From NCBI GenBank assembly GCA_963706325.1, contig CAVPLT010000001.1:672001-736000 (forward strand): DNA of 64,000 nt, written 5' to 3'. Made by a program: the position numbers and the translations under genes. Positions 49,272 to 58,665 of this stretch are shown one piece after another. Every line of letters starts with the position of its first letter. Position 1 is the first letter of the stretch. The DNA is from an uncultured Nitrospiraceae bacterium (GTDB lineage: Bacteria; Nitrospirota; Nitrospiria; Nitrospirales; Nitrospiraceae). The notes beneath the pieces are model-generated. The model ran no database searches, was not told where the DNA came from, and saw nothing but the letters and a program-made list of their open reading frames with translations.

Positions 49272-50213
49272 TCACACTGGGACTGGAACGCTATCCAAAA
49301 TGTCTTGAATCACTCGCTCTGTGTGTTCGACGTTTTTCGTGCGCATGCCTGGCGATCGATTCAGCATGACGCGGTGAGAAAGAATTGCCGGGGCGAGTTC
49401 CTTGATGTCTTCAGGAAGGCAATACGTCCGATCGCGGACAAGGGCCAGAGCCTTCGCCGCCTTGCACAGCGCGAGTGCTCCGCGCGTACTGACGCCCAGT
49501 GAGAGGAGATCGTTGTGTCGTGTCGCGAGCACGATCGCGAGCAGGTAATCCATCAGGCTGTCTTCCATCCGGACCTTTTCTGCCTGGCCTTGAAGATCCA
49601 TGATGTGTTGCGCGGTGATCACTGGTTGAATATCCTCTGCCGGATGCAGCGACGAAGGGCGATCCAAGACCTTCTTTTCCTCCTCGGGCGTCGGATACCC
49701 GATGCGAAGTCGCATAAGGAATCGGTCGAGTTGGGATTCTGGAAGCGGAAAGGTGCCGTGATACTCCGCGGGGTTTTGTGTGGCAATGACCATGAAAGGC
49801 TGGCCTAAGGGGTGAGTGTGGTTGTCCACCGAGATCTGGGCCTCGCTCATTGCTTCCAACAGGCTACTTTGAGTTTTTGGCGTCGTGCGGTTGATCTCGT
49901 CGGCGAGCACAATATTGGCAAACAGCGGTCCCGGCATGAACTCAAAAGCCTGTTTTTGGCGATTGAAGACGGAGATGCCGACAATATCCGAGGGGAGCAA
50001 GTCGCTCGTGAACTGGATGCGTTTAAAGGAGCAATCGAGAGAGCGGGCCAGGCTGTGGGCCAGCGTGGTCTTGCCGACGCCGGGCACGTCTTCAATTAAG
50101 AGATGTCCTCTCGCCAGTAGGCAGACCACCGCCATCTCGATGACTCGCGCTTTGCCTTTGATGACCAGCGCGATATTGTCCTGTAGTAATTGGATTGATT
50201 GAGAAGAATTCAC
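49272..50213 (-). CDS. MoxR family AAA+ ATPase
   Basis: EDVPGVGKT, RIQFTSDLLPSD, DEINR, ATQNP. Confidence 0.95.
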   Translation of the reverse strand: MNSSQSIQLLQDNIALVIKGKARVIEMAVVCLLARGHLLIEDVPGVGKTTLAHSLARSLDCSFKRIQFTSDLLPSDIVGISVFNRQKQAFEFMPGPLFANIVLADEINRTTPKTQSSLLEAMSEAQISVDNHTHPLGQPFMVIATQNPAEYHGTFPLPESQLDRFLMRLRIGYPTPEEEKKVLDRPSSLHPAEDIQPVITAQHIMDLQGQAEKVRMEDSLMDYLLAIVLATRHNDLLSLGVSTRGALALCKAAKALALVRDRTYCLPEDIKELAPAILSHRVMLNRSPGMRTKNVEHTERVIQDILDSVPVPV

Positions 50214-50368
50214 GATGGGATGTTTTCGAAGAGCGTCAGAGTCGGCACATGGCGTGTGATGCCCGAAGTCTAACAAAGGGTCTGGGGACCGTCAATTTAT
50301 ACAGGTTTTTACACGAAGTGGTGTTCAGTGCAGGGGCGCGCCACTGTCTCTTGCGCCGCGGCCGGGCC

Positions 50369-51697
50369 TTACGCGGTCGGAACCAATTCCGGTACGAGCG
50401 TAAGAAACCAAGGTGGAGTTTCTTCTCTCATGTCCTGAAATCGCTTCGCGGTGCTGCTGGCCGGGATGCCCTCAAAGAGGGCACCGCGCCGAATGGTCAC
50501 CTCCCTGAACCGATAGTTGGCGGGATGACCCAGGGGAGCAGGCAGGACGGAACAAAAGTTCTGACGTAATGGTGCCAGGTCCGACAAGGTACACGATCCA
50601 CCCAGCGGCAGGGCGGAGAGTTGATGGAATATCTCGCCGAACAGCTCCGGAATAGTCTGCGCGGACAAAACCAGATTCGTTGGCCTTACCCGAGGATCGT
50701 CTATCAGCTGCGACAGGATTTCCCAAAATACTTGAGAATCGACGGCGCCCAGCACACACAGGGCTCCTCGCGTCGCCATCAGTTCCAACAGGGCAAGAGG
50801 GCCGCGGATATCGAACTTCCATGATGGAAAGAGGAGGCTGCGGCCGGCGTGCAAGACTTCAAGCGCAGGTTCTTTCCGATGCGTGACTCGTCGAGAGTCC
50901 CCTTTGGTTCGCCGCAGCTCTTCGGCGAGCACATCAGCAGAAAGGCGGGTGGGTTCATAGGCAAATGTGGGTGTGGCAGGAGCCCAGCAGGTGACGATGA
51001 GGTATCGGGAGGCGAGACGTTGGTCCTTCACTAGCGGTTCGAGGGCAAACATGTCCTGGTCGCCATAGAAACGGAATTCGACACCGGGTCTCGCCCTGAG
51101 GCTGCTCAGGCGGAGTGGGTGAGCGTGCAGGGGTCCACCAAGTTGAGAGTCTGGATCCAATCGATCGAGACAATGGAGGATGAGCGATCTGCCTTGCGTT
51201 GCCAATCGAGGTTCATAGGAGGCGACGAGGTCCTCGGCGAAGGACAAATCGCCTGCTCCCAGGTCCAGGACGGAAGCTGGCACATGCTCCGCTAGAAGGT
51301 CAAAGGGACTGGCGTGTTGGCGAACGAATCCGGCGACGGACTCTGCCGTGAGTATGGGGTGCGACCACTTCGGGGGGTGGGGCACTTGGACGCCAAGCAG
51401 CACGCAGAGAGCCCGCAGGGCTTTCGTGGGTGGAAGTCCCGTAAGTTGCTTGAGCGCCTGGCCGCGCAAGCAACTTTCTGCGTGTGTGTGTGCCTGTGGC
51501 AGGGTAGTGACGAGACTGCGTTTGATTTCGCTCGGAAAGGCGGACGTCTCCAGCGCTTCCAGTAGTGATATGAGGGTCGCCGGCCATTGTCTTGGGTTAA
51601 CGAGGTGCCTGGATGCCTCCCAAGAAGTGGCGTCTGAAGTCCGCGCGGAGGTGACCTGTCTTCGAAAGGCGGCCAAGGTGTCAGGATCCACGTGCAT
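50369..51697 (-). CDS. Hypothetical protein with methyltransferase-like motif
   Basis: 442 aa ORF; VLDLGAGDLSF. Confidence 0.75.
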   Translation of the reverse strand: MHVDPDTLAAFRRQVTSARTSDATSWEASRHLVNPRQWPATLISLLEALETSAFPSEIKRSLVTTLPQAHTHAESCLRGQALKQLTGLPPTKALRALCVLLGVQVPHPPKWSHPILTAESVAGFVRQHASPFDLLAEHVPASVLDLGAGDLSFAEDLVASYEPRLATQGRSLILHCLDRLDPDSQLGGPLHAHPLRLSSLRARPGVEFRFYGDQDMFALEPLVKDQRLASRYLIVTCWAPATPTFAYEPTRLSADVLAEELRRTKGDSRRVTHRKEPALEVLHAGRSLLFPSWKFDIRGPLALLELMATRGALCVLGAVDSQVFWEILSQLIDDPRVRPTNLVLSAQTIPELFGEIFHQLSALPLGGSCTLSDLAPLRQNFCSVLPAPLGHPANYRFREVTIRRGALFEGIPASSTAKRFQDMREETPPWFLTLVPELVPTA

Positions 51698-51837
51698 GAA
51701 TTCAGTCGCTGTGCAGAAGGTCCGGCGTGATTTAAAGAGGCACGATCTGTATGTGTGAAGGCAGAGTATCGGGGCTGTCGGGAAGGTGTCAAGGGTGCTG
51801 CCTTGCGGCTACATCATGCGTATGGTAGGTAGACGCT

Positions 51838-52854
51838 ATGTGTAAATCACCCAAAAATTACGGCGAAATGTGGCGCCGCATTGTGATCCGATTGCTCGTG
51901 ACCGTCAGTGTCACGCTGGCCCTGTGGGGGTGTCAGGGAAAAGACCATGCATCGATGGTGACGCAGCAAGAGTGGGGCGGATGGAGGGCCGGTCATGTGA
52001 TTGACGCCAAGACTGGTCTACCCGTGCCAATGGGTAAATGGTTGGAGGAACTGGGCACCTACGATACGATCTATTTGGGAGAGGAACATCACAATCGATT
52101 TCATATTGATGCTGCATTGACAGTGCTTCGCTCACTCCTGGACCAGGGACACCGACCAGTGCTCGCGATGGAAATGTTTGGGTGGGATGGTCAGCCGGCT
52201 TTGGACGACTATCTTGTTTCGAAGGAGAACCTTCGCGCAGAATTTCTTGAGCGGGTGTTGTGGAAACAAAATTGGGGCGGGGCTTTCGAAGATTATGAGC
52301 CATTAGTTAATTTTGCTAAGGAGCATCAGCTTCCCCTGCTGGCGATGAATCCACCTAAATCATTGATCAGGCAAGTCGTCAAGCAAGGTCTCGTTCAAGT
52401 CAAGGAACAGCCTGAATGGCGACAGTGGGGCATGGAAGAGGAAACAATCGTTGATGACCCAGCCTATCGATCGAGAATCCTGTCTCAACTGCAGGATTGT
52501 CACGGAGGCGGTTCCCCTGAGGATTATCAAACGATGTATGTAGCCTCTATGGTGCGGGATGAAGGAATGGCAAAGACGCTGGTTGCCGCACTGATGAAAA
52601 TTCACAGTGAAGCAGGCTCTGTGCAAGGCCCGGTGCTTAGTTACACGGGAGGCGGCCATGTGCAATATGGATTGCCGGTTCCGAATCGTGTGGCGCGGCG
52701 GGTTTCCAAAGGGCTGAAGCAAGTAACGGTCTACATGGCTACGTTCGACGGAGAACGAGCCGCTGAGCTATGGGAAGCCATGAAGGAAGGTATCGCAGAC
52801 TATGTGTGGTTAACCCCCCCAGGCTCTCAAGGGCTGCCTCGACGGTGCCGATAA
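51838..52854 (+). CDS. ChaN family lipoprotein
   Basis: LWGC lipobox, IYLGEEH, LAMEMF, RDEGMA, GGGHV.YG. Confidence 0.88.
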   Translation: MCKSPKNYGEMWRRIVIRLLVTVSVTLALWGCQGKDHASMVTQQEWGGWRAGHVIDAKTGLPVPMGKWLEELGTYDTIYLGEEHHNRFHIDAALTVLRSLLDQGHRPVLAMEMFGWDGQPALDDYLVSKENLRAEFLERVLWKQNWGGAFEDYEPLVNFAKEHQLPLLAMNPPKSLIRQVVKQGLVQVKEQPEWRQWGMEEETIVDDPAYRSRILSQLQDCHGGGSPEDYQTMYVASMVRDEGMAKTLVAALMKIHSEAGSVQGPVLSYTGGGHVQYGLPVPNRVARRVSKGLKQVTVYMATFDGERAAELWEAMKEGIADYVWLTPPGSQGLPRRCR

Positions 52855-52996
52855 GAGGTAGTCAACAGCCGACTTGGAAAATCCTTCCACTGCTGATGCG
52901 TGCTATCAAATCCCCTCCCCTGCGGGATAGCTGTCCACCCGAGTCTGACATACACTCCAGGCTCGTCGGACAAGTGGACCTGGGAGGTGATAATCC

Positions 52997-53938
52997 ATGG
53001 CACTGAGTCGATCACTGGTCAGGCTGCAGCAACGACTTCACAGTACTTATCATTTCACAGGTGGCCATATGAAGGGAAGAATCGCGTGTTCAGCCGATCG
53101 TCTCAGTTTATTGGAGGCGGCAATGATTAGCTCGGTGGTGGAACCGAACGCCTTTCAACTCGGAAAACAGTATCAGGCGGAACGTCGTGTACAGATGGTG
53201 GAGGTGTCGGATACGGAGCTGACCTCGTCGGTCATGGGCAACTCTGGATTGTATGAACAATCTATTCGGCTCAGCCAGGGTTACTTAGAGGCGAAGTGTT
53301 CCTGCACATTATCCGAGCAGCCGATTTGTCGGCACGGCGTGGCTGCGCTCCTTGAATATCAGCGATGGTCCAATCCACGAACCGTCCCTAAGCCCAGGGG
53401 CAGTGGGTCTCGCCTGGAAGTTGCGAAGACGGTGGCCTCCGCCGCAGTTTCTTCCGGTGATGTGAAGCTGGGCGAACTGACCCAGTTTACGGAGTGGATG
53501 CAGCGAGTGGTCCAGGCTATACACACCGATCAACCTGTTCCAGATCAACCTGCGTTGGCGGCTGGCCTGGTGTCCACTTGGACTCAGGTCATCCGGCAGA
53601 TGGATGAGCGGAGGCGGGAGGGCGAGGTGGTGCAGGTCGACCTCGATAGAGAGATTCAAAACCGTGATGCGATGGTTGCCCGTTTGACTCAGGATCTCGA
53701 CTCGTCAGTGAAGGAGTTGAAATCTTTGCAGATGATTTACAAAGATCTTCAGCGCGAAGTCGAACTTCAAAAGGCGGTGGTGAGCAAGACTGCCGATCTT
53801 TCTCGTCAGGTTGAGCTGTTCGAGAACGAACTGAAAGCAATCGCAAGTCTGCTGACCGAGAAGGGGTGCCGATTGGCAGGGTTATCCGATATCTGTCGAG
53901 ATGTGGCGTTGATGCTGAAATCGCTGAGCAAGGCTTAG
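52997..53938 (+). CDS. SWIM zinc finger + coiled-coil protein
   Basis: CSC....ICRH; GGGAGGT RBS. Confidence 0.82.
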   Translation: MALSRSLVRLQQRLHSTYHFTGGHMKGRIACSADRLSLLEAAMISSVVEPNAFQLGKQYQAERRVQMVEVSDTELTSSVMGNSGLYEQSIRLSQGYLEAKCSCTLSEQPICRHGVAALLEYQRWSNPRTVPKPRGSGSRLEVAKTVASAAVSSGDVKLGELTQFTEWMQRVVQAIHTDQPVPDQPALAAGLVSTWTQVIRQMDERRREGEVVQVDLDREIQNRDAMVARLTQDLDSSVKELKSLQMIYKDLQREVELQKAVVSKTADLSRQVELFENELKAIASLLTEKGCRLAGLSDICRDVALMLKSLSKA

Positions 53939-54005
53939 CGCGTGCAATAGATGGAATAGCGCACTCCAATCACCTGGTCTCTTAGTCCCTCCTGGATACC
54001 CCCTC

Positions 54006-54034
54006 TTGCTTCACCATCGATTCCTCAGTACAAT
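54006..54034 (+). promoter_or_regulatory. Sigma70 promoter of the small gene at 54077
   Basis: TTGCTT-N17-TACAAT. Confidence 0.6.
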
Positions 54035-54076
54035 GCGACCCTCTTTTTGATCTTCCGTGAATACAGGAGGGAAATC

Positions 54077-54253
54077 ATGAATAAGTTGATCGCAGGACTC
54101 GCCAGTGGGCTGGCCGCATTTCAGACGACCGCTGCATTTGCCAACGTCAGTGAGGGTCCGCCGGATTATAGCGGGATCACAGGGCTTTATTACACCTTGA
54201 TCGCTATTGTCTTGGCCTATGGAGTTTACGACACGTTTTTCAGTAAGAACTAA
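54077..54253 (+). CDS. Small membrane protein (signal peptide + one TM)
   Basis: AGGAGG RBS; AFA cleavage site; 58 aa. Confidence 0.8.
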   Translation: MNKLIAGLASGLAAFQTTAAFANVSEGPPDYSGITGLYYTLIAIVLAYGVYDTFFSKN

Positions 54254-54296
54254 TCTGCACAGGTCGGTATTTCTGGCGTGAAACGTTGCTCTGGCC

Positions 54297-55148
54297 TCAT
54301 AAGGCAGGTGCGATGTTTCTCGCCTGCTTTTTTGTGTCTGACGAGTTAGCCTTCTTTTCATTGAGGATGGGAAGCAGGCTCTTCAATACGTTCTCAGCCA
54401 CAATTTGATATCCTTCCGCGGTCGGGTGAATGCCATCGCTTTGGTTGAGCGTACTTTCCCCTCCTACCCCTTCGAGAAGAAACGGCAGTAGTGGAAGCGC
54501 ATGAGTTGTGGCCAATTCCCGATACATCGCTTCAAAACGATCCGTGTATTCTGCACCATAGTTCGGCGGGAGTTTCATCCCGACTAGGAGGATCGGTACG
54601 TGTGCCTCCTTGAATCGTCTGATTATGGCATCAAGGTGGGAGCTTGTTTCCGGAAGGCTTAAGCCGCGTAGCCCATCGTTTCCCCCGAGTTCAAGTATCA
54701 CCATGTTCGGTTTGCCCGCAAGAATCCACGGGACCCGCCGAAGGCCGCCTGCGGTAGTTTCCCCGCTGACCCCCGCATTGATAATCTGATAGGGATACCC
54801 GAGGGCTTCGAGCCGCTTTTGAAGCTGCATGGGATAGGATTGCGCCGGAGAAACTCCAAGGCCCGCGGTCAAACTGTCGCCAAATGCGACAACGCGAGGC
54901 CTGTTGTCGGTATTGTTTGATGGGCGAGCCGTTGCGTTGGGAATGGGGTCATGAAGTGATACCTTTTCGGAGGACGGTTGGGAACCTGAAATAGCGGGGG
55001 CTTCGGACGGCGAAGTTGTTCCACCTGACTGATCGCAGCCGAGCGACGCAGTCAACATGACGACCGCCATACAGCACGGCATGAGACGGCCGGTGAGTCG
55101 GAGCAATTTCGATCTGTTCGTCACTCGTACAGTATAATAGAAAAACAT
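54297..55148 (-). CDS. tesA: SGNH arylesterase, TesA-like (start uncertain)
   Basis: FGDSLTAG, NAGVSG, LGGNDG, DGIHP. Confidence 0.9.
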   Translation of the reverse strand: MFFYYTVRVTNRSKLLRLTGRLMPCCMAVVMLTASLGCDQSGGTTSPSEAPAISGSQPSSEKVSLHDPIPNATARPSNNTDNRPRVVAFGDSLTAGLGVSPAQSYPMQLQKRLEALGYPYQIINAGVSGETTAGGLRRVPWILAGKPNMVILELGGNDGLRGLSLPETSSHLDAIIRRFKEAHVPILLVGMKLPPNYGAEYTDRFEAMYRELATTHALPLLPFLLEGVGGESTLNQSDGIHPTAEGYQIVAENVLKSLLPILNEKKANSSDTKKQARNIAPAL

Positions 55149-55181
55149 CTTGGAGCGCGTCGGGAACGGACACTACTTGAA

Positions 55182-55880
55182 ATGATTGAGATTCAACATC
55201 TTACGATGCAACTCACGGCCGCCGGTCAGAGGGTCACAATTCTCGATGACCTTTCGTTCGTCATTCCAGACAAACAAAAGGTCGCGATTGTTGGCCCATC
55301 AGGCAGCGGCAAGTCAACGCTGCTTGGACTGATCGCAGGCCTGGATCGCCCGACTTCAGGCACCATTTGGCTCAATGGTGTCGAGATCACGGGGTTGCGA
55401 GAACAGTCCATGGCACGACTGCGCCTCGCGAACGTGGGATATATATTCCAGTCGTTTCACCTCATTCCCACACTGACAGCACTGGAGAATGTCGCGGTCC
55501 CACTCGAACTCGCGGGAAATCCTCAGGCCAGACAACGGGCCAATGACTTGCTGCAAGCTGTTGGGCTTGGTCACCGCGTCTCACATTATCCGGTCCAACT
55601 CTCAGGAGGAGAGCAGCAGCGGGTGGCCGTCGCGCGCGCCTTCGCCTGTCGTCCGCCAATTCTCCTGGCCGATGAACCGACCGGCAATTTGGATTCGACC
55701 ACCGGGCAGCAGGTTATTGACCTTATCATGGCGCTGCATCGAGACCTCGGGACGACGCTCGTGTTAGTCACCCATGATCACAACTTGGCCGCTTCCATGG
55801 AACGTGTGATCACTCTCCGTGATGGCCGGATTCACTCCGACCAACTCTCTTACCTTCAGCGCGGGAGCTCTGACCAGTAG
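55182..55880 (+). CDS. ybbA: ABC transporter ATP-binding protein, YbbA-like
   Basis: GPSGSGKST, LSGGEQQR, ADEPTGNLD; divergent from tesA. Confidence 0.9.
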   Translation: MIEIQHLTMQLTAAGQRVTILDDLSFVIPDKQKVAIVGPSGSGKSTLLGLIAGLDRPTSGTIWLNGVEITGLREQSMARLRLANVGYIFQSFHLIPTLTALENVAVPLELAGNPQARQRANDLLQAVGLGHRVSHYPVQLSGGEQQRVAVARAFACRPPILLADEPTGNLDSTTGQQVIDLIMALHRDLGTTLVLVTHDHNLAASMERVITLRDGRIHSDQLSYLQRGSSDQ

Positions 55881-55882
55881 CA

Positions 55883-58549
55883 ATGATGCCCTTTTGGTTC
55901 ACTATGGCATGGCGAGAATTACGATCGGCCTGGCGGCACTTCCTCTATTTTCTCGCCTGTATTGCGCTGGGTGTCGGGGCAGTCGTTGGGGTCTCTCTTT
56001 TTTCTGCCAATGTAGAACAGGCGGTCTTAAAGGAAGCTCGAGGATTGCTCGGCGGGGATCTAGAAATCCGTCTGTCCAGACCCATTGGGTCAGAAGGGAT
56101 TACGGTATTGCAGGGGCTCACTGAGCGAGGCGTGCGGGCAACCCGTGTGAGTGAGTTGGTTGCAATGGCTTCACGGGTTGATCGATCTCCGGGCGCCGCC
56201 GAACAGAATCAGCTCGTCGAACTGAAGGCCGTGGAGTCACAGTATCCGTTATATGGGGTGCTGAGAGTCGAGCCAGAGCGCCCGCTGATGGACCTTCTGC
56301 GAGTGGCGGGAAACAGTTGCCAAGAAATCTGTCACGGGGCAGTCGTGCAGGAATCTCTGCTGATCCGCTTAGGACTCATAGTGGGCGACGCGGTGAAAAT
56401 CGGACAGGCGTCATTCCGGATCATGGGTGTGATTCACTCCGAACCGGACCGAATGGCCAACATGTTCAGTTTGGGGCCTCGCGTGTTTGTGTCTCAGGAT
56501 GGACTCGCGGCCGCCGACCTCGTCAAACCGGGAAGTCGTCTGCGGGAACGACATCTTCTGAAACTGCCGGTTTCCCTTGACCTCTCTCCATTACTCTATG
56601 AACTTCGGAACCGGTTGGCTGGAGAGTCCGCCCGTGTATCTTCCTATCGGGACGCCCAGCCTCAACTAAAGCGGTTTCTCGACCAACTCACTCGGTATTT
56701 GGGCCTTGTCGGGTTGACGGCGCTCTTTGTCGGCGGGATTGGCGTTGCCCTGTCGATTCAAGCTTTTGTCCGAGAGAAGTTTGAATCGATTGCTATTCTG
56801 AAAACCTTAGGCGCGGACACGAAGACCATTATTCAGTCGTATTTGGGCCAGGCGGTGGGCCTGGGGATCCTCGGCAGTAGCATGGGCATTGGGATCGGTA
56901 TCATTTTGCAGGGAGTGCTGCCGCAGGCATTGTCGACATTACTGGCGACCGATCTCTTACAACAGATCCAATTTTCGGCCGTTCTCTTCCCCACGGCCAT
57001 GGCGCCACTTGCGAAGGGCTTAGGTTTGGGCGTCCTCACCACGCTATTGTTCAGCCTGTGGCCCTTGCTGACGATTCGAGAGATCAGGCCTTCGGCTATT
57101 TTCCGCCGTGAAGTCGAAGGCGACAATCGCATTGCGACCGGAGGCGAGTCTTCATTGCGGAGACGCGTCACCCGATGGCTGACAATGGATCCTGTTCGCA
57201 CCCTGACCGCGATAGGAATTGGATTGGGGCTGGCGGGACTCTCCGTATGGCAGGCAGGTTCATTGACCATAGGGGGCATTTTCATTGGCGGCTTACTAGT
57301 TGCTGTCGTTGCCTTGGTACTAGCAGCGAAGGCGCTACTCAGCGTGATACGCTCTCTGCCTCTGCCCCCTGGACTTTCCATGCGTCAGGCCATGAGCAAC
57401 ATCCAACGACCCGGAGGGCAAACTCTGGGGGTGATGGTCTCGATCGGTGTCGGAGTCATGGTGATTCTCGCCATCGCATTGATCGAGCATGCGTTGGTGC
57501 GGCAAGTGGGCGAGAATCGACCGGTCGATTCACCAACCTTCTTTTTTATCGATATTCAACCCGACCAGGCGAATGGGTTTTTGGCGCTGCTCCACGAACG
57601 GACAGGCGATCTCGCCACTCAGCTGACACCTCTCGTTCGCTCTCGATTGCACGCGATCAACGGCCGAACGATACAAGTCGAGTCCGAGCAGGAAGACCAA
57701 CCCGATCAGACGCGAGAGGAAAAGCGGAAGAACTGGTATGCGAGCCGTGAATACGTTCTGACCTTTCTCGAGGAACTACCCAAGGACAATACCATCGTGA
57801 AAGGTGCCTGGTGGAAGCCAGGGCAAGTGTTTGCGCGGCCACAGGTGTCTTTCGAGGAAGAGGCGGCAAAAGGCCTAGGTATCGATCTTGGGGCTATTGT
57901 TGAACTTAATATACAGGGAGCCATCATTCAGGCCGAGGTGAGCAATATCAGAAAAGTCGAGTGGGGGAATTTCTCGACCAATTTCTACATGATCTTTTCA
58001 CCGGGGTCATTGGAGGATGCGCCGATGACCTATGTAGGTATGGCGCATGTCTCGCCCCAGGACGAGGTGGCGCTGCAGTCGGCGGTGGTTGCCGCATTTC
58101 CCAATGTGACCGCCATCAATATTGGGGAGGTGCTGGGCGTTTTTGCGCGAGTACTGGATCGGCTGTCCTTAGCTATTCGCGCCGTGGCCTTATTTTGTCT
58201 GTTGGCTGGGGCGCTGGTCATGGCGGCTGCCCTGGCAGCCACTCGCTATCGTCGACTGTATGAGGCGGTGATCCTCAAAGCGTTGGGCGCGACGCGTGCG
58301 CTGATTGCCCGGTCGTTTGCAGCCGAATATGCCTTATTGGGCGGCGTGGCGGGAGTGATCGGCACAGTTTTGGCCAGTGCCTTTTCGTGGGCGATTCTGC
58401 GCTATATTTTGGAACTGCCGTGGTCGCTGGAGCCGTCGTTGTTAGCTCTAGGGCTGGTCTGTACGGTGCTCCTGACCCTGCTGGTAGGATTCCTCAGTAC
58501 GTACCGCATTCTAGGCCAGCCGCCATTGACCGTTCTCCGTCACGAATAA
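55883..58549 (+). CDS. ybbP: ABC transporter permease, YbbP-like (two FtsX domains)
   Basis: AWRELR, LLGGDL, PTFFFIDIQ, AILKTLGA / VILKALGA. Confidence 0.9.
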   Translation: MMPFWFTMAWRELRSAWRHFLYFLACIALGVGAVVGVSLFSANVEQAVLKEARGLLGGDLEIRLSRPIGSEGITVLQGLTERGVRATRVSELVAMASRVDRSPGAAEQNQLVELKAVESQYPLYGVLRVEPERPLMDLLRVAGNSCQEICHGAVVQESLLIRLGLIVGDAVKIGQASFRIMGVIHSEPDRMANMFSLGPRVFVSQDGLAAADLVKPGSRLRERHLLKLPVSLDLSPLLYELRNRLAGESARVSSYRDAQPQLKRFLDQLTRYLGLVGLTALFVGGIGVALSIQAFVREKFESIAILKTLGADTKTIIQSYLGQAVGLGILGSSMGIGIGIILQGVLPQALSTLLATDLLQQIQFSAVLFPTAMAPLAKGLGLGVLTTLLFSLWPLLTIREIRPSAIFRREVEGDNRIATGGESSLRRRVTRWLTMDPVRTLTAIGIGLGLAGLSVWQAGSLTIGGIFIGGLLVAVVALVLAAKALLSVIRSLPLPPGLSMRQAMSNIQRPGGQTLGVMVSIGVGVMVILAIALIEHALVRQVGENRPVDSPTFFFIDIQPDQANGFLALLHERTGDLATQLTPLVRSRLHAINGRTIQVESEQEDQPDQTREEKRKNWYASREYVLTFLEELPKDNTIVKGAWWKPGQVFARPQVSFEEEAAKGLGIDLGAIVELNIQGAIIQAEVSNIRKVEWGNFSTNFYMIFSPGSLEDAPMTYVGMAHVSPQDEVALQSAVVAAFPNVTAINIGEVLGVFARVLDRLSLAIRAVALFCLLAGALVMAAALAATRYRRLYEAVILKALGATRALIARSFAAEYALLGGVAGVIGTVLASAFSWAILRYILELPWSLEPSLLALGLVCTVLLTLLVGFLSTYRILGQPPLTVLRHE

Positions 58550-58665
58550 CGATGTGGCCGATCTTGTCCTGGGTCACAGCGGTGTGCTCCCAACCCAACC
58601 GATGTGATCGCGAGTGATCCGGACCTCGACGGAAGTCGTGCGAGAATCCAATTGGGCAGGCTCCG

